Source of the DNA: Candidatus Nomurabacteria bacterium RIFCSPLOWO2_01_FULL_33_17
GTDB lineage: Bacteria; Patescibacteriota; Minisyncoccia; Phycocordibacterales; UBA9973
DNA: 33,503 nucleotides
Direction: 5' to 3'
Assembly: GCA_001786995.1 (NCBI GenBank)
Contig: MFUO01000031.1
Location: forward strand, 1-33,503
Shown here: one piece after another, positions 25,780-33,503 of the stretch
Layout: each line of letters begins with the position of its first letter
Numbering within the stretch: position 1 is the stretch's first letter
The notes under the pieces: generated by a model
Databases searched by the model: none
What the model was told of the DNA's origin: nothing
Seen by the model: only the letters and a program-made list of their open reading frames with translations
Position numbers and translations under genes: made by a program

Positions 25780-26604
25780 CTAAAAACGAGGATTGATTTT
25801 TTTGAATTCTTTTAACCACATTCTTATAGATTCCAACTCAATTTTTCTGTCAGGATTTTTTTCAATAGTCTGGATTTCTTTTTTTGTAATATTCCAAGGT
25901 TTTAAATAACTAGCATAATGAATTATGTAAATGGGCTTTTTTCTTGATTTTAAAGAATAGCCAAAAAGTTTATTATATTCATCTAAATAGTAATGAATCA
26001 TATTATATTTATGATCTAAGTGTAGCTTTTTATTTTGTTTCCATTTTGAGTAATATGAATTCAAAAAATCTTGATCACTGCCAGATTTTGGTGTAAACAG
26101 TGTTCCACCAGATTCTAGTGTTTCTATTTTACCAATTTTGTTAATCATATCTTTGAATGTTTTTGATGAAGGTTTTATAACCATCAAGCCACTATTAAAA
26201 TGTGTCCATGATTTTTTTCTTTGCAACATACCTCCCGCATTTGTAGCAGACATGTGATCATATTTAAAGAGATCATCTATGTTCCGAAGTATTAACATAT
26301 CTGCATCAAAATATACGATTTTAGAATATTTTGTTTGATTAAATATATTTAATTTTGAGTATGTTTTGAACCATCTATGTTTTGTGCTAACATCTGTTGG
26401 GTTATCTATATCTTTAAATAGTACTTCATATGAAATACGAAGTTTTTTTAAAATAAGTTTAGTTCTCTTTGAAATATTTGGTGTAAGTAATACTAAAAAT
26501 GGATATTTACTTTTTGTTTTTTTATATGAAAAAAATAAAACGAGTAAGCCTTTGAGATAGTTATCTGTTGAGAGTACTGAAATATATGAATAATTATTTT
26601 GCAT
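25780..26604 (-). CDS. Glycosyltransferase family 8 (glycogenin / galactinol-synthase-like)
   Basis: YSKLNIF..KYSKIVYFDADMLILRNIDDLF, FNSGLMVIKPS, DQDFLN, IHY..KPW. Confidence 0.9.
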   Translation of the reverse strand: MQNNYSYISVLSTDNYLKGLLVLFFSYKKTKSKYPFLVLLTPNISKRTKLILKKLRISYEVLFKDIDNPTDVSTKHRWFKTYSKLNIFNQTKYSKIVYFDADMLILRNIDDLFKYDHMSATNAGGMLQRKKSWTHFNSGLMVIKPSSKTFKDMINKIGKIETLESGGTLFTPKSGSDQDFLNSYYSKWKQNKKLHLDHKYNMIHYYLDEYNKLFGYSLKSRKKPIYIIHYASYLKPWNITKKEIQTIEKNPDRKIELESIRMWLKEFKKINPRF

Positions 26605-26663
26605 AGTTATATTATATAATTTTTTAATGAAATTAGCTGAATTTAATTTTGTTCTTTATATTA

Positions 26664-27557
26664 TTATTGTTTTAAAAACTTACTGATTCTTTTTCGAAAG
26701 AAAATTACCAAAAGTATAATTACAAGTAAAAGTAAAATAAAAAAATAATTATTTGTTTTTACAACATCTTGTACAACATTTATAGGTCTTAGGACTTCTA
26801 TTCTGGTATTACCAACTTTATCAATTGCTTTGATATATATAGATTGGTTAATATCTTGATTTTTTAATAAATATGGACTTTCAGTATTTTTATATGTACC
26901 CAATTCCCCTTCGCGTACTTCATAATGATCTATCCCCGAAATTTTATCTTGTGTTGTAAAAATCAAAACATTTTGACCATTATAAATATCGGGATTTTTT
27001 GTAATTTTTGGATTAAAACTTTCCGGCAATTCTTTGTCATCTATTACATCATCAAAAGAGAAAAAGTTAAAAATTTCATTATTAATTTTAGTATTTATTA
27101 ATATAGATATTGGAATAGTTGTATTAACAACAGCACTACCTAAACCATCATTTTTAAGAACTCTGACACCACTAGCATTTATTTCTTTTAAACCTGCAGT
27201 TTTAGAGAAAAGTGTTATTTTAAATAAAAAATTATTATTACTATTAAAACCCCCAGGGGTTAATCCTGCAAAATGAATAGTATTTTGATTTGTTACACTT
27301 GGATTTTCAATCCAAAAATTTATAACTGAACCTCCAGAATTAATAGATTTAACATTTAAACCATTCAACAATATTATGTCCCCTTCTATCGCATTTATGT
27401 TTTCATTTTGTGTGTCAAGTCTTACTTCAACTACAAATTCTTCGTTTCGTGAAAATTGATTATTATTAGCATAGAAAAACAAATTACTAGCATTTGCAAA
27501 ATATGGCATTATGCTAAAAAATGTAAAGAAAATGGTTATTTTTAAAAATTTTTTCAT
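26664..27557 (-). CDS. Secreted cohesin-like domain protein with a C-terminal TM anchor
   Basis: Signal peptide; F.VEV.LDT..ENINAIEG.I beta pattern; DKISGIDHYEV; IKAIDKVGN; C-terminal TM followed by a basic tail. Confidence 0.7.
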   Translation of the reverse strand: MKKFLKITIFFTFFSIMPYFANASNLFFYANNNQFSRNEEFVVEVRLDTQNENINAIEGDIILLNGLNVKSINSGGSVINFWIENPSVTNQNTIHFAGLTPGGFNSNNNFLFKITLFSKTAGLKEINASGVRVLKNDGLGSAVVNTTIPISILINTKINNEIFNFFSFDDVIDDKELPESFNPKITKNPDIYNGQNVLIFTTQDKISGIDHYEVREGELGTYKNTESPYLLKNQDINQSIYIKAIDKVGNTRIEVLRPINVVQDVVKTNNYFFILLLLVIILLVIFFRKRISKFLKQ

Positions 27558-27569
27558 AAAAAATATAAA

Positions 27570-28325
27570 TTAACCTGTCCAGTAATAACCCATTATACTA
27601 AAATCAACTAAGTCTACTTTATTGTCATTATTTAATTCTACATATGCTGGCGGTGCATATTTTTTATACCAAATACGCATAATAGAAAAATCCAAAAAGT
27701 TAACCCGCCTGTCGTGATTTATGTCAGGTCTTAAATATGAAAAACCATACGAATCTAATATAAAAGAATCTTTATTTATAACTATATTATCGATAGTGGT
27801 ATTGGAACTATTTGTTAAATGCACAGGAAAACTTAATAAACTTGACCGCATTTTTTGCTTGTTCTCACCATATACTGAAAAAGTATATGGTCCTGTTGAA
27901 ATACCATTGATTTGTGTATTAAAATTCCCATTCTCGTCTGCGACAATTGTAGATATTAATTGCCCATCTTTTAAGATATAAACTTTACCAAGTGGTATAG
28001 TATTTCCTGAAAAAATTACACCAGTTGTTGTAGGCAGTATTACCCCACCACCGGATGATGTTGGGGCTGGTGTTGAAGATGCTATACAACTACTAGTATT
28101 AAATGCACATAAAGATGTACAAGTAAGAGTTCCAGATGCAAAACCCTGCGACACACATGATGCCCCACCAAGATCGGCCCCGTCACATGATTCGCCAACA
28201 CCAATAGTATCATCGCCACAACCCAAAACAGTTGCAGAAATATCTACATTTTCAGTTACAGCTAAAACAAAATTAGTAGTTCCAAAAATTAATATTATTA
28301 AGATGATTATAATTTTTATTCTCAT
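27570..28325 (-). CDS. Secreted protein: Cys-rich motif + Ig/carboxypeptidase-regulatory-like domain + dockerin-like double EF-hand
   Basis: CGDDTIGVGESCDG; DINHDRRVNFLDFS and ELNNDNKVDLVDFS. Confidence 0.75.
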   Translation of the reverse strand: MRIKIIIILIILIFGTTNFVLAVTENVDISATVLGCGDDTIGVGESCDGADLGGASCVSQGFASGTLTCTSLCAFNTSSCIASSTPAPTSSGGGVILPTTTGVIFSGNTIPLGKVYILKDGQLISTIVADENGNFNTQINGISTGPYTFSVYGENKQKMRSSLLSFPVHLTNSSNTTIDNIVINKDSFILDSYGFSYLRPDINHDRRVNFLDFSIMRIWYKKYAPPAYVELNNDNKVDLVDFSIMGYYWTG

Positions 28326-28354
28326 TTAAAATAACCATATCAAATAACTAAGGT

Positions 28355-29515
28355 TTATATTCTTCGTCTTACAGGCTTTTTAACAGCTTCTGTATTATTT
28401 TGATTTTGTGTTTCAGTTTGAATTTGAGAATTGTTTTGAGAGTTTAAACTATTTTGCATTTCATTTGTATTTTGTTCGACAGCTATTTTACCATAATCAC
28501 CATGCATTATTTTAGAAATCAACCAGTGTTTATAGCGACGGAAAATAAATCGCACAATTATAAAAACTAAAAATAAATCAATAATTATAAATATCAACAA
28601 ATGCCATGGTAATACCCAAAATACGAAAGAGCTAAGAGCTGTCTCTTTTTGTGTACCATAAGTCAGTAACATTTTTGCTTTATAGCGACCAAATGCAAAA
28701 TTACGCCACTCGTATTTGGCTTTAGTTAGAAAATTTTTGTTATCAAGATCTGTCGGACCAGCGGTACCACCGCGACCTTGCCAATTTGCTTCAATTTTAC
28801 GAATACTGTTTGGCAAAATGTTACCCTCTACTGGGTTCGCAGAGATTTTTTCAGCAGTCATACCAAAAATGTTTTTCATTGCAATATCCCCTTCAGGCTT
28901 TATTCTGTCACCACCCGAGTTTTGGAAGCGATAATAAAATGATACAGGCAGGTGGGTAAAAAATGTTTGCTTGTCTTTGGTTGCAAATTCTAATATCCCC
29001 CCATTTTCATCAACATCACCATTTACACGCAATAGTACCAGCATGCCCACCTTGGCACCAATAGCCAAACTACCCGAATCAGTAGTAGGTGGTTGTGTGC
29101 CCCAAAAGACTACAGCAAAATGACCACCCGGGTCAGCATTTGCAGGAATTTTAATTTTAACTTGTACAATTTTAGACGAATTGGCGGGTAAATCAATAGA
29201 TTCTACTGTTTCCATCCATGTGCCCAAACCCTCGGTAGCATTTACAAATGATGGGCTACCTGTTTCGCCTGAAGCTTCAAAATTGGCGTACGATGCATAA
29301 TATTTTTCATCAGTATCGCGTTCGTTTATCAAAGTCATTTCTTGACTTAAAACTTGCCCTGGGTCACCGGCTATTTCCATACGAATTGGGGTCAAAGTCA
29401 AAGCCTGTGCATTGTAAAATGGCAAAAACAAAAAAATAAAAGCAGAAATAAAGATGGAAACAAAAAATACCCCACCTAGTTCAAATTTTTTTATGTTAAG
29501 TATTTTACTTGTCAT
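28355..29515 (-). CDS. DUF916-like (WxL-interacting-type) membrane-anchored surface protein
   Basis: LTLTPIRMEI..DPG, IPANADPGGHFAVVF, FQNSG...KPEG, FGRYKA.M, TM helix LPWHLLIFII. Confidence 0.65.
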   Translation of the reverse strand: MTSKILNIKKFELGGVFFVSIFISAFIFLFLPFYNAQALTLTPIRMEIAGDPGQVLSQEMTLINERDTDEKYYASYANFEASGETGSPSFVNATEGLGTWMETVESIDLPANSSKIVQVKIKIPANADPGGHFAVVFWGTQPPTTDSGSLAIGAKVGMLVLLRVNGDVDENGGILEFATKDKQTFFTHLPVSFYYRFQNSGGDRIKPEGDIAMKNIFGMTAEKISANPVEGNILPNSIRKIEANWQGRGGTAGPTDLDNKNFLTKAKYEWRNFAFGRYKAKMLLTYGTQKETALSSFVFWVLPWHLLIFIIIDLFLVFIIVRFIFRRYKHWLISKIMHGDYGKIAVEQNTNEMQNSLNSQNNSQIQTETQNQNNTEAVKKPVRRRI

Positions 29516-29521
29516 AGTTTT

Positions 29522-30655
29522 TTAAAAGTTACCAGTTGCAATATATGTTAGAGTTGTTGTATACGCACCTGCTTCTGTTGTTGCGGTAATATTTGCAAGA
29601 TAAGATACTGAAACTGTTTCAGTAGCAGTTGGTCCTGCTTGCGTAACTAATGTAGTTGCCGCACCTGCAACAAATTTCCAAGAAGCAGTTGAATCACGCT
29701 CATACCCAGATTCAATAGTTGCTGTACCATCAGTAGATGCAGAGATTCCAAATTGTTCAGTATTACCAACATCACCATCAGAATCATTTACGGTACCACC
29801 CATAGCAGAAATAGTATCTGATCCAGATGTTAATGTTGCACCATTATAAGAAATAGTATACCCACCCGTACCATTAGTTGCTGTAGCTAATGTATGTGCA
29901 GCTGTAGGAGTTGTTGCAGATGCATCACCCCCAGTTGTACCAGTAGCCCAACGACCAGTTGAAGTTGAAAGAGCTCCAAAACCAATAGTTACATCACTAA
30001 TTGCAAAAGAAATGGTTGGAGTAACAGTTGCGGTAATTACAACTTGCTCATCAGCAATAATTGGTACAGTGACTGAACCTGAATCTGATGTAGTTGTAAT
30101 TGTAATATTTGGTGTTGATGCTGTTGGATTTTGCATGTGAGCTGCGGCAATAGTGACAATAACTTTATGACCTGCAGCAATTGTATTTGTGAATGAAGTT
30201 GACGGAGCAGTAAAAGTAACAGTTGTTGTACCAGAAATTACAGCTCCCCAAACCGTTGCAGTACTAGGAGATGCTGCTATAGTTTCACTAGTGGAAGTAC
30301 AAGCAGTACCACCAGTCACAACCGCAGTACCATTCTCAAGACCAGTAGTTGCTCCATGACAAATTTGTAAATCAGTAATTACAAGACCTGTTGTTGTAAA
30401 TCCACTTGGAAATGTTATTGCAATCGTACCACCAACACCAATCGCTGATGTAGAAGTAAAAGCAATTTTATGTACAGAAAGTTGACTTGCTGCTTGACGG
30501 GACATTGTGTCAGATATTGCAGTTAGACCAGCCGCAGTTGCCGTATTTGGCAAAATAAATGATGTAGCAAAGACCAAAGCCAGCATCATAAAAATGCTAA
30601 GGGATTTTTTGCCAAAGAGCTTTAATTTTTTAGGTTTTAAAAATTTGCGAATCAT
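29522..30655 (-). CDS. Secreted Thr/Ala/Ser-rich surface protein with a WxL-like C-terminal domain
   Basis: Signal peptide; V.ITATVTPTISF; TNGTGGY; ends SYLANITATTEAGAYTTTLTYIATGNF. Confidence 0.7.
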   Translation of the reverse strand: MIRKFLKPKKLKLFGKKSLSIFMMLALVFATSFILPNTATAAGLTAISDTMSRQAASQLSVHKIAFTSTSAIGVGGTIAITFPSGFTTTGLVITDLQICHGATTGLENGTAVVTGGTACTSTSETIAASPSTATVWGAVISGTTTVTFTAPSTSFTNTIAAGHKVIVTIAAAHMQNPTASTPNITITTTSDSGSVTVPIIADEQVVITATVTPTISFAISDVTIGFGALSTSTGRWATGTTGGDASATTPTAAHTLATATNGTGGYTISYNGATLTSGSDTISAMGGTVNDSDGDVGNTEQFGISASTDGTATIESGYERDSTASWKFVAGAATTLVTQAGPTATETVSVSYLANITATTEAGAYTTTLTYIATGNF

Positions 30656-30715
30656 GAGATGAATTTAAATAAAAATAATAATACTCTTTTTATTATATCA
30701 CAATAGTTTAAAAAC

Positions 30716-30735
30716 TAAATAGTTATCCACATATT
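30716..30735 (+). repeat. 20-bp direct repeat, copy 1, containing a DnaA box
   Basis: TAAATAGTTATCCACATATT, identical to 32045-32064. Confidence 0.9.
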
Positions 30736-30743
30736 AACCTTAT

Positions 30744-31964
30744 TTAATCTGTTTTTAAATTACCAATAAAAAAGAGTGGTAGTTGGTTTTGTGTGTTAGT
30801 TTTACTGATTTTATCATTCAAATACAAAAAACTTATAAATGGCTCAAAATTTTTATATTCATTTACAAAGCTTTCTAGGCTTGGCACAATATTTTCCTCT
30901 TTTTTTAGTTTAACTTCACAAGCAATATGACTTTCATTTAAAACGGCAACAATATCAACCTCTAGGCCATTTTTTGTCCTCCAGTAATTGACACTATAAC
31001 CAGACTTTACGAATTCTGAAACATTAACCATTTCAAAAATACCACCCCCGTCTGGTCGATCACATGGTGCCCTAAAATCAGAAAGTAATGTATTGCACAA
31101 ACCGCTATCTAAAAAATAAACTTTAGGGGCTTTTACAATTTCTTTTAATTTGTTTTTAAAAAATGGTTTGGCACTATATGTAATATAAGTTTGTTCAAAA
31201 AATGAAAGATACTTTTTTAATTTCAAATGATCATAATTTGAAACATCTGTAAGTTTTTTGTACGGCACCAAACTACCCAAAGAAAGTGCAATGGTTTTTA
31301 ATAAATCACGCAATGGCGAACTTTCAACCAAACCAAGACCTTCTTTAATATCTCGAAGAAAATAAGTATTTACAATATTTTTTAAAACTTCCTTTTTTAA
31401 AACTTCAGTTTCTGATAAAACAACTTTTGGATAACCACCATATTTTATAAATTCTTCCATATAAGGCGTAATAGTGGAAATTACTGTGTTAGATATATTT
31501 TTATTTGATTTTAAATAATTAGCCAAATCAACATTTCTAAAATAAATAAACTCATCAAATGAAAGTGGAAATAGTTCAAAAATAAAAACTCGTCCAACCA
31601 AATATTTTAAAGCTCTAACACTTATGTCAGCATGTGATGACCCTGTAATAAACATTTTTTTATTAGGCACTGTATCATAAATAAATTTTAAATTTTTTCC
31701 ACCTTCTCTGGAATATTGAAACTCATCAATAAATATATTTTTATAAGGCTTTATATGTATTTCTATAAAAGCTTTTATATCACGATCAAATAGGTCAAGA
31801 GCGTCTTGATCCTCGAATGTCAGCCAATTAACGGATTTTAAATTGTTTGAAATATGTTTAAGTAGTGTCGTTTTACCAGCTTGCCGTGAACCAACTACAG
31901 CAATTATTTCAGCTGTCTCTATTAAACCCATTATTTTAGTTTCTAAATTACGCTTGATATACAT
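30744..31964 (-). CDS. AAA_14 ATPase with DUF4143 (C-terminal PD-(D/E)XK-like) domain
   Basis: GSRQAGKTT, IFIDEFQ, ITGS, L.GR, PLSFDEF, GGYP, PKVYFLDSGL, YWRTKNGLEVDIV..CEVK. Confidence 0.92.
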   Translation of the reverse strand: MYIKRNLETKIMGLIETAEIIAVVGSRQAGKTTLLKHISNNLKSVNWLTFEDQDALDLFDRDIKAFIEIHIKPYKNIFIDEFQYSREGGKNLKFIYDTVPNKKMFITGSSHADISVRALKYLVGRVFIFELFPLSFDEFIYFRNVDLANYLKSNKNISNTVISTITPYMEEFIKYGGYPKVVLSETEVLKKEVLKNIVNTYFLRDIKEGLGLVESSPLRDLLKTIALSLGSLVPYKKLTDVSNYDHLKLKKYLSFFEQTYITYSAKPFFKNKLKEIVKAPKVYFLDSGLCNTLLSDFRAPCDRPDGGGIFEMVNVSEFVKSGYSVNYWRTKNGLEVDIVAVLNESHIACEVKLKKEENIVPSLESFVNEYKNFEPFISFLYLNDKISKTNTQNQLPLFFIGNLKTD

Positions 31965-31976
31965 AGTTATTATTAA

Positions 31977-32017
31977 ATTTATGCTAAAATTAAAACTAAT
32001 TCAAGTTTAGCATAAAT
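31977..32017. promoter_or_regulatory. 12-bp inverted repeat upstream of the AAA gene (possible operator)
   Basis: ATTTATGCTAAA-17 nt-TTTAGCATAAAT. Confidence 0.55.
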
Positions 32018-32044
32018 ACAATATATGCGCAAGCTATTTTAGGG

Positions 32045-32064
32045 TAAATAGTTATCCACATATT
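32045..32064 (+). repeat. 20-bp direct repeat, copy 2, containing a DnaA box
   Basis: TAAATAGTTATCCACATATT. Confidence 0.9.
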
Positions 32065-32087
32065 TAATTTAATGTTATAATAGCTTT

Positions 32088-32567
32088 ATGAATAAGAATT
32101 TTATGGGGATTGGCACTGCTTTAGTTTTAATAATAGCCGGCTATTTTATCTACCAAAAACAAAACATGACTGAAGCTGAATTACTAGCTGAAAAAGCCAT
32201 ACCTGAAACGAAAGACTGGCAACGCTTTGATGCCAACCAATTTGGTTTTAACTTTATGAACCCTGATAATTTAGAGGTTAAAGTTCGGAGTGATACTATG
32301 ACTGTGGGTGATATTACAGTAAGTATCGACAGACTATCTTGTAAAGATAAAAAACCAAATAAAGAATTAATAAATCCAATTACAATTTATGGCTATCCGA
32401 CAATGATCAACGAAGCTGAAAATTTTGCGTACATTTGCAACAAAACCGGCACCGCGTGCCTGGACATTAGTTCAAACAATAAAAACAAAACCACCGAAGG
32501 CTATTTCCATGCTTTTGTTTCAACCCTAAATATCAATGAGGGCTTTGATAGAATTGAGTGTAGCTAA
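32088..32567 (+). CDS. Hypothetical membrane-anchored extracytoplasmic protein
   Basis: N-terminal TM helix, W..F....FGFNFMNP motif, 4 Cys; TGtTATAAT-6 nt-ATG promoter. Confidence 0.75.
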   Translation: MNKNFMGIGTALVLIIAGYFIYQKQNMTEAELLAEKAIPETKDWQRFDANQFGFNFMNPDNLEVKVRSDTMTVGDITVSIDRLSCKDKKPNKELINPITIYGYPTMINEAENFAYICNKTGTACLDISSNNKNKTTEGYFHAFVSTLNINEGFDRIECS

Positions 32568-32659
32568 TTCCCCTCTTGAGGGGTGGCTCGTAGAGACGGG
32601 GTGAACTGCATTTTAAATACATCCACCTCCACTTCGTGTGCTCCTGCCGAGGAGAATTT
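32566..32659. repeat. Inverted pair of REP-like elements
   Basis: AATTCCCCTCTTGAGGGGTGGCTCGTAGAGACGGGGTG ... CATCCACCTCCACTTCGTGTGCTCCTGCCGAGGAGAATT; left copy matches 570-608. Confidence 0.7.
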
Positions 32660-32668
32660 AAAAAATGC

Positions 32669-32696
32669 TTGACAAAAAAACTGGTTTTGCTATACT
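32669..32696 (+). promoter_or_regulatory. Near-consensus promoter facing the 3' end of the NYN gene, with no downstream ORF
   Basis: TTGACA-16 nt-TATACT with extended TG. Confidence 0.6.
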
Positions 32697-32752
32697 AGAA
32701 TCATAAATAAGAAAAGAACCCTTGATATGTCCAGGCATATCCGGGGGTCTTT

Positions 32753-33238
32753 TTATTTTAACCTTAACTTATCAATAAACCCATCAAGTATTACAATCGG
32801 TACATTTGTGCGCTTTAACAAAAGTGATAAATACTTATTATTTGGAGAAACTATTGTTATTGGAATATTTTTTTCTTTTAAAAACTCAACGATACAATGA
32901 TAATCACCATCCCCTGCGACCAGCAACGCTTTTTCTAATCTCTTTTCGTAAAAATCTTTTGCTATTGCTAGAATAAGCTCTCCATCTACATTACCTTTCG
33001 TTTTTCCCTCCTTATTTGTAATTGTCGGCCTAAAACAAATATCATAGCCGATGCTTTGTAAGTAATTATAAAGTTCAAAATTCTCGGGTATAAGACCCAT
33101 AAAAAGTATAGCCTTACGAACTCCAAACTTATCACGCATCCAAGACATAAAAGACTTGTAATCAAGCTTCCACCCACTTTGACTAACCCCAAATTTTAAA
33201 TTTGAAGCATCTATGTATGCGGTCCCATTTTTATTCAT
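32753..33238 (-). CDS. NYN domain (LabA/DUF88, PIN-like) protein
   Basis: AYIDASNL, KGNVDGEL, LVAGDGDY. Start placed at MNKNG, 6 nt after TGtTATAAT. Confidence 0.9.
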   Translation of the reverse strand: MNKNGTAYIDASNLKFGVSQSGWKLDYKSFMSWMRDKFGVRKAILFMGLIPENFELYNYLQSIGYDICFRPTITNKEGKTKGNVDGELILAIAKDFYEKRLEKALLVAGDGDYHCIVEFLKEKNIPITIVSPNNKYLSLLLKRTNVPIVILDGFIDKLRLK

Positions 33239-33258
33239 TGTCATATTATAACACAAAT

Positions 33259-33315
33259 ACCTCACCCCTATTGCCTTGTTGGCAAACTTTCCCCTCTCCT
33301 GATTAGTAGAGGGGA
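33259..33315 (+). repeat. REP-like element
   Basis: ACCTCACCCC..TTGCC-TTGTT-GGCAA..TCCCCTCT-CCTGATTAGT-AGAGGGGA. Confidence 0.7.
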
Positions 33316-33322
33316 GAAAATT

Positions 33323-33503
33323 CTAAAAAGTGCCTGTCATAATATATGTAATGTCAGTAGAATACGAACCCGATGGCGTCACGGTAGAAATGTTGCCGAC
33401 ATACGAAGTGGTGTATACACAATCTGCGGCAGCTGAAATACTTGTAATTAAAGTTGTAGTATTTGAAACGAAGCTATAACTATTAACAGTGCCATAACCA
33501 CTG
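33323..33503 (-). CDS. 3' end of a second WxL-like surface protein, paralogous to 29522-30655 (partial)
   Basis: Manual translation ...TSYVGNISTVTPSGSYSTDITYIMTGTF*, matching SYLANITATTEAGAYTTTLTYIATGNF*. Confidence 0.8.
   Translation of the reverse strand, partial: SGYGTVNSYSFVSNTTTLITSISAAADCVYTTSYVGNISTVTPSGSYSTDITYIMTGTF

Noticed and set aside
16587-32060. Replication origin suggested by three perfect DnaA boxes
   Set aside because: The boxes are dispersed over 15 kb rather than clustered; no dnaA/dnaN nearby
1-33503. CRISPR array, prophage, IS or integron
   Set aside because: No regularly spaced repeats, and no cas, phage structural, transposase or integrase genes recognised

Overview
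AT-rich bacterial chromosomal window. The gene content and style suggest a small-genome CPR/Patescibacteria (Parcubacteria-like) organism; this is inference, not a database result. The housekeeping backbone is khpA (partial), rpsP, rnr, the rpmF-nusB-rnc-smc run, thrS, gyrB, a single-chain mitochondrial-type PheRS, a UvrD-nuclease fusion and tRNA-Ser(GGA). Small accessory cassettes interrupt it, none with a visible integrase or transposase: (1) a HEPN/MNT pair bracketed by a duplicated 63-bp rnr 3' end; (2) a four-helix-bundle gene between rnc and smc, flanked by inverted arrays of short repeats; (3) an AAA/DUF4143 gene bracketed by a perfect 20-bp direct repeat containing a DnaA box; (4) a structured ~150-bp tRNA trailer holding antisense and sense copies of the tRNA 3' end; (5) a 7-gene sugar-chemistry island (phosphatase, kinase, variant transaldolase, nucleotidyltransferase, NUDIX, GT2, GT8). 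Also present: a cohesin/dockerin/DUF916/WxL-like surface cluster, REP-like palindromes (some in frame inside rnr, gyrB and the helicase), and at least seven apparently leaderless promoters. All family calls come from motif recognition by eye.
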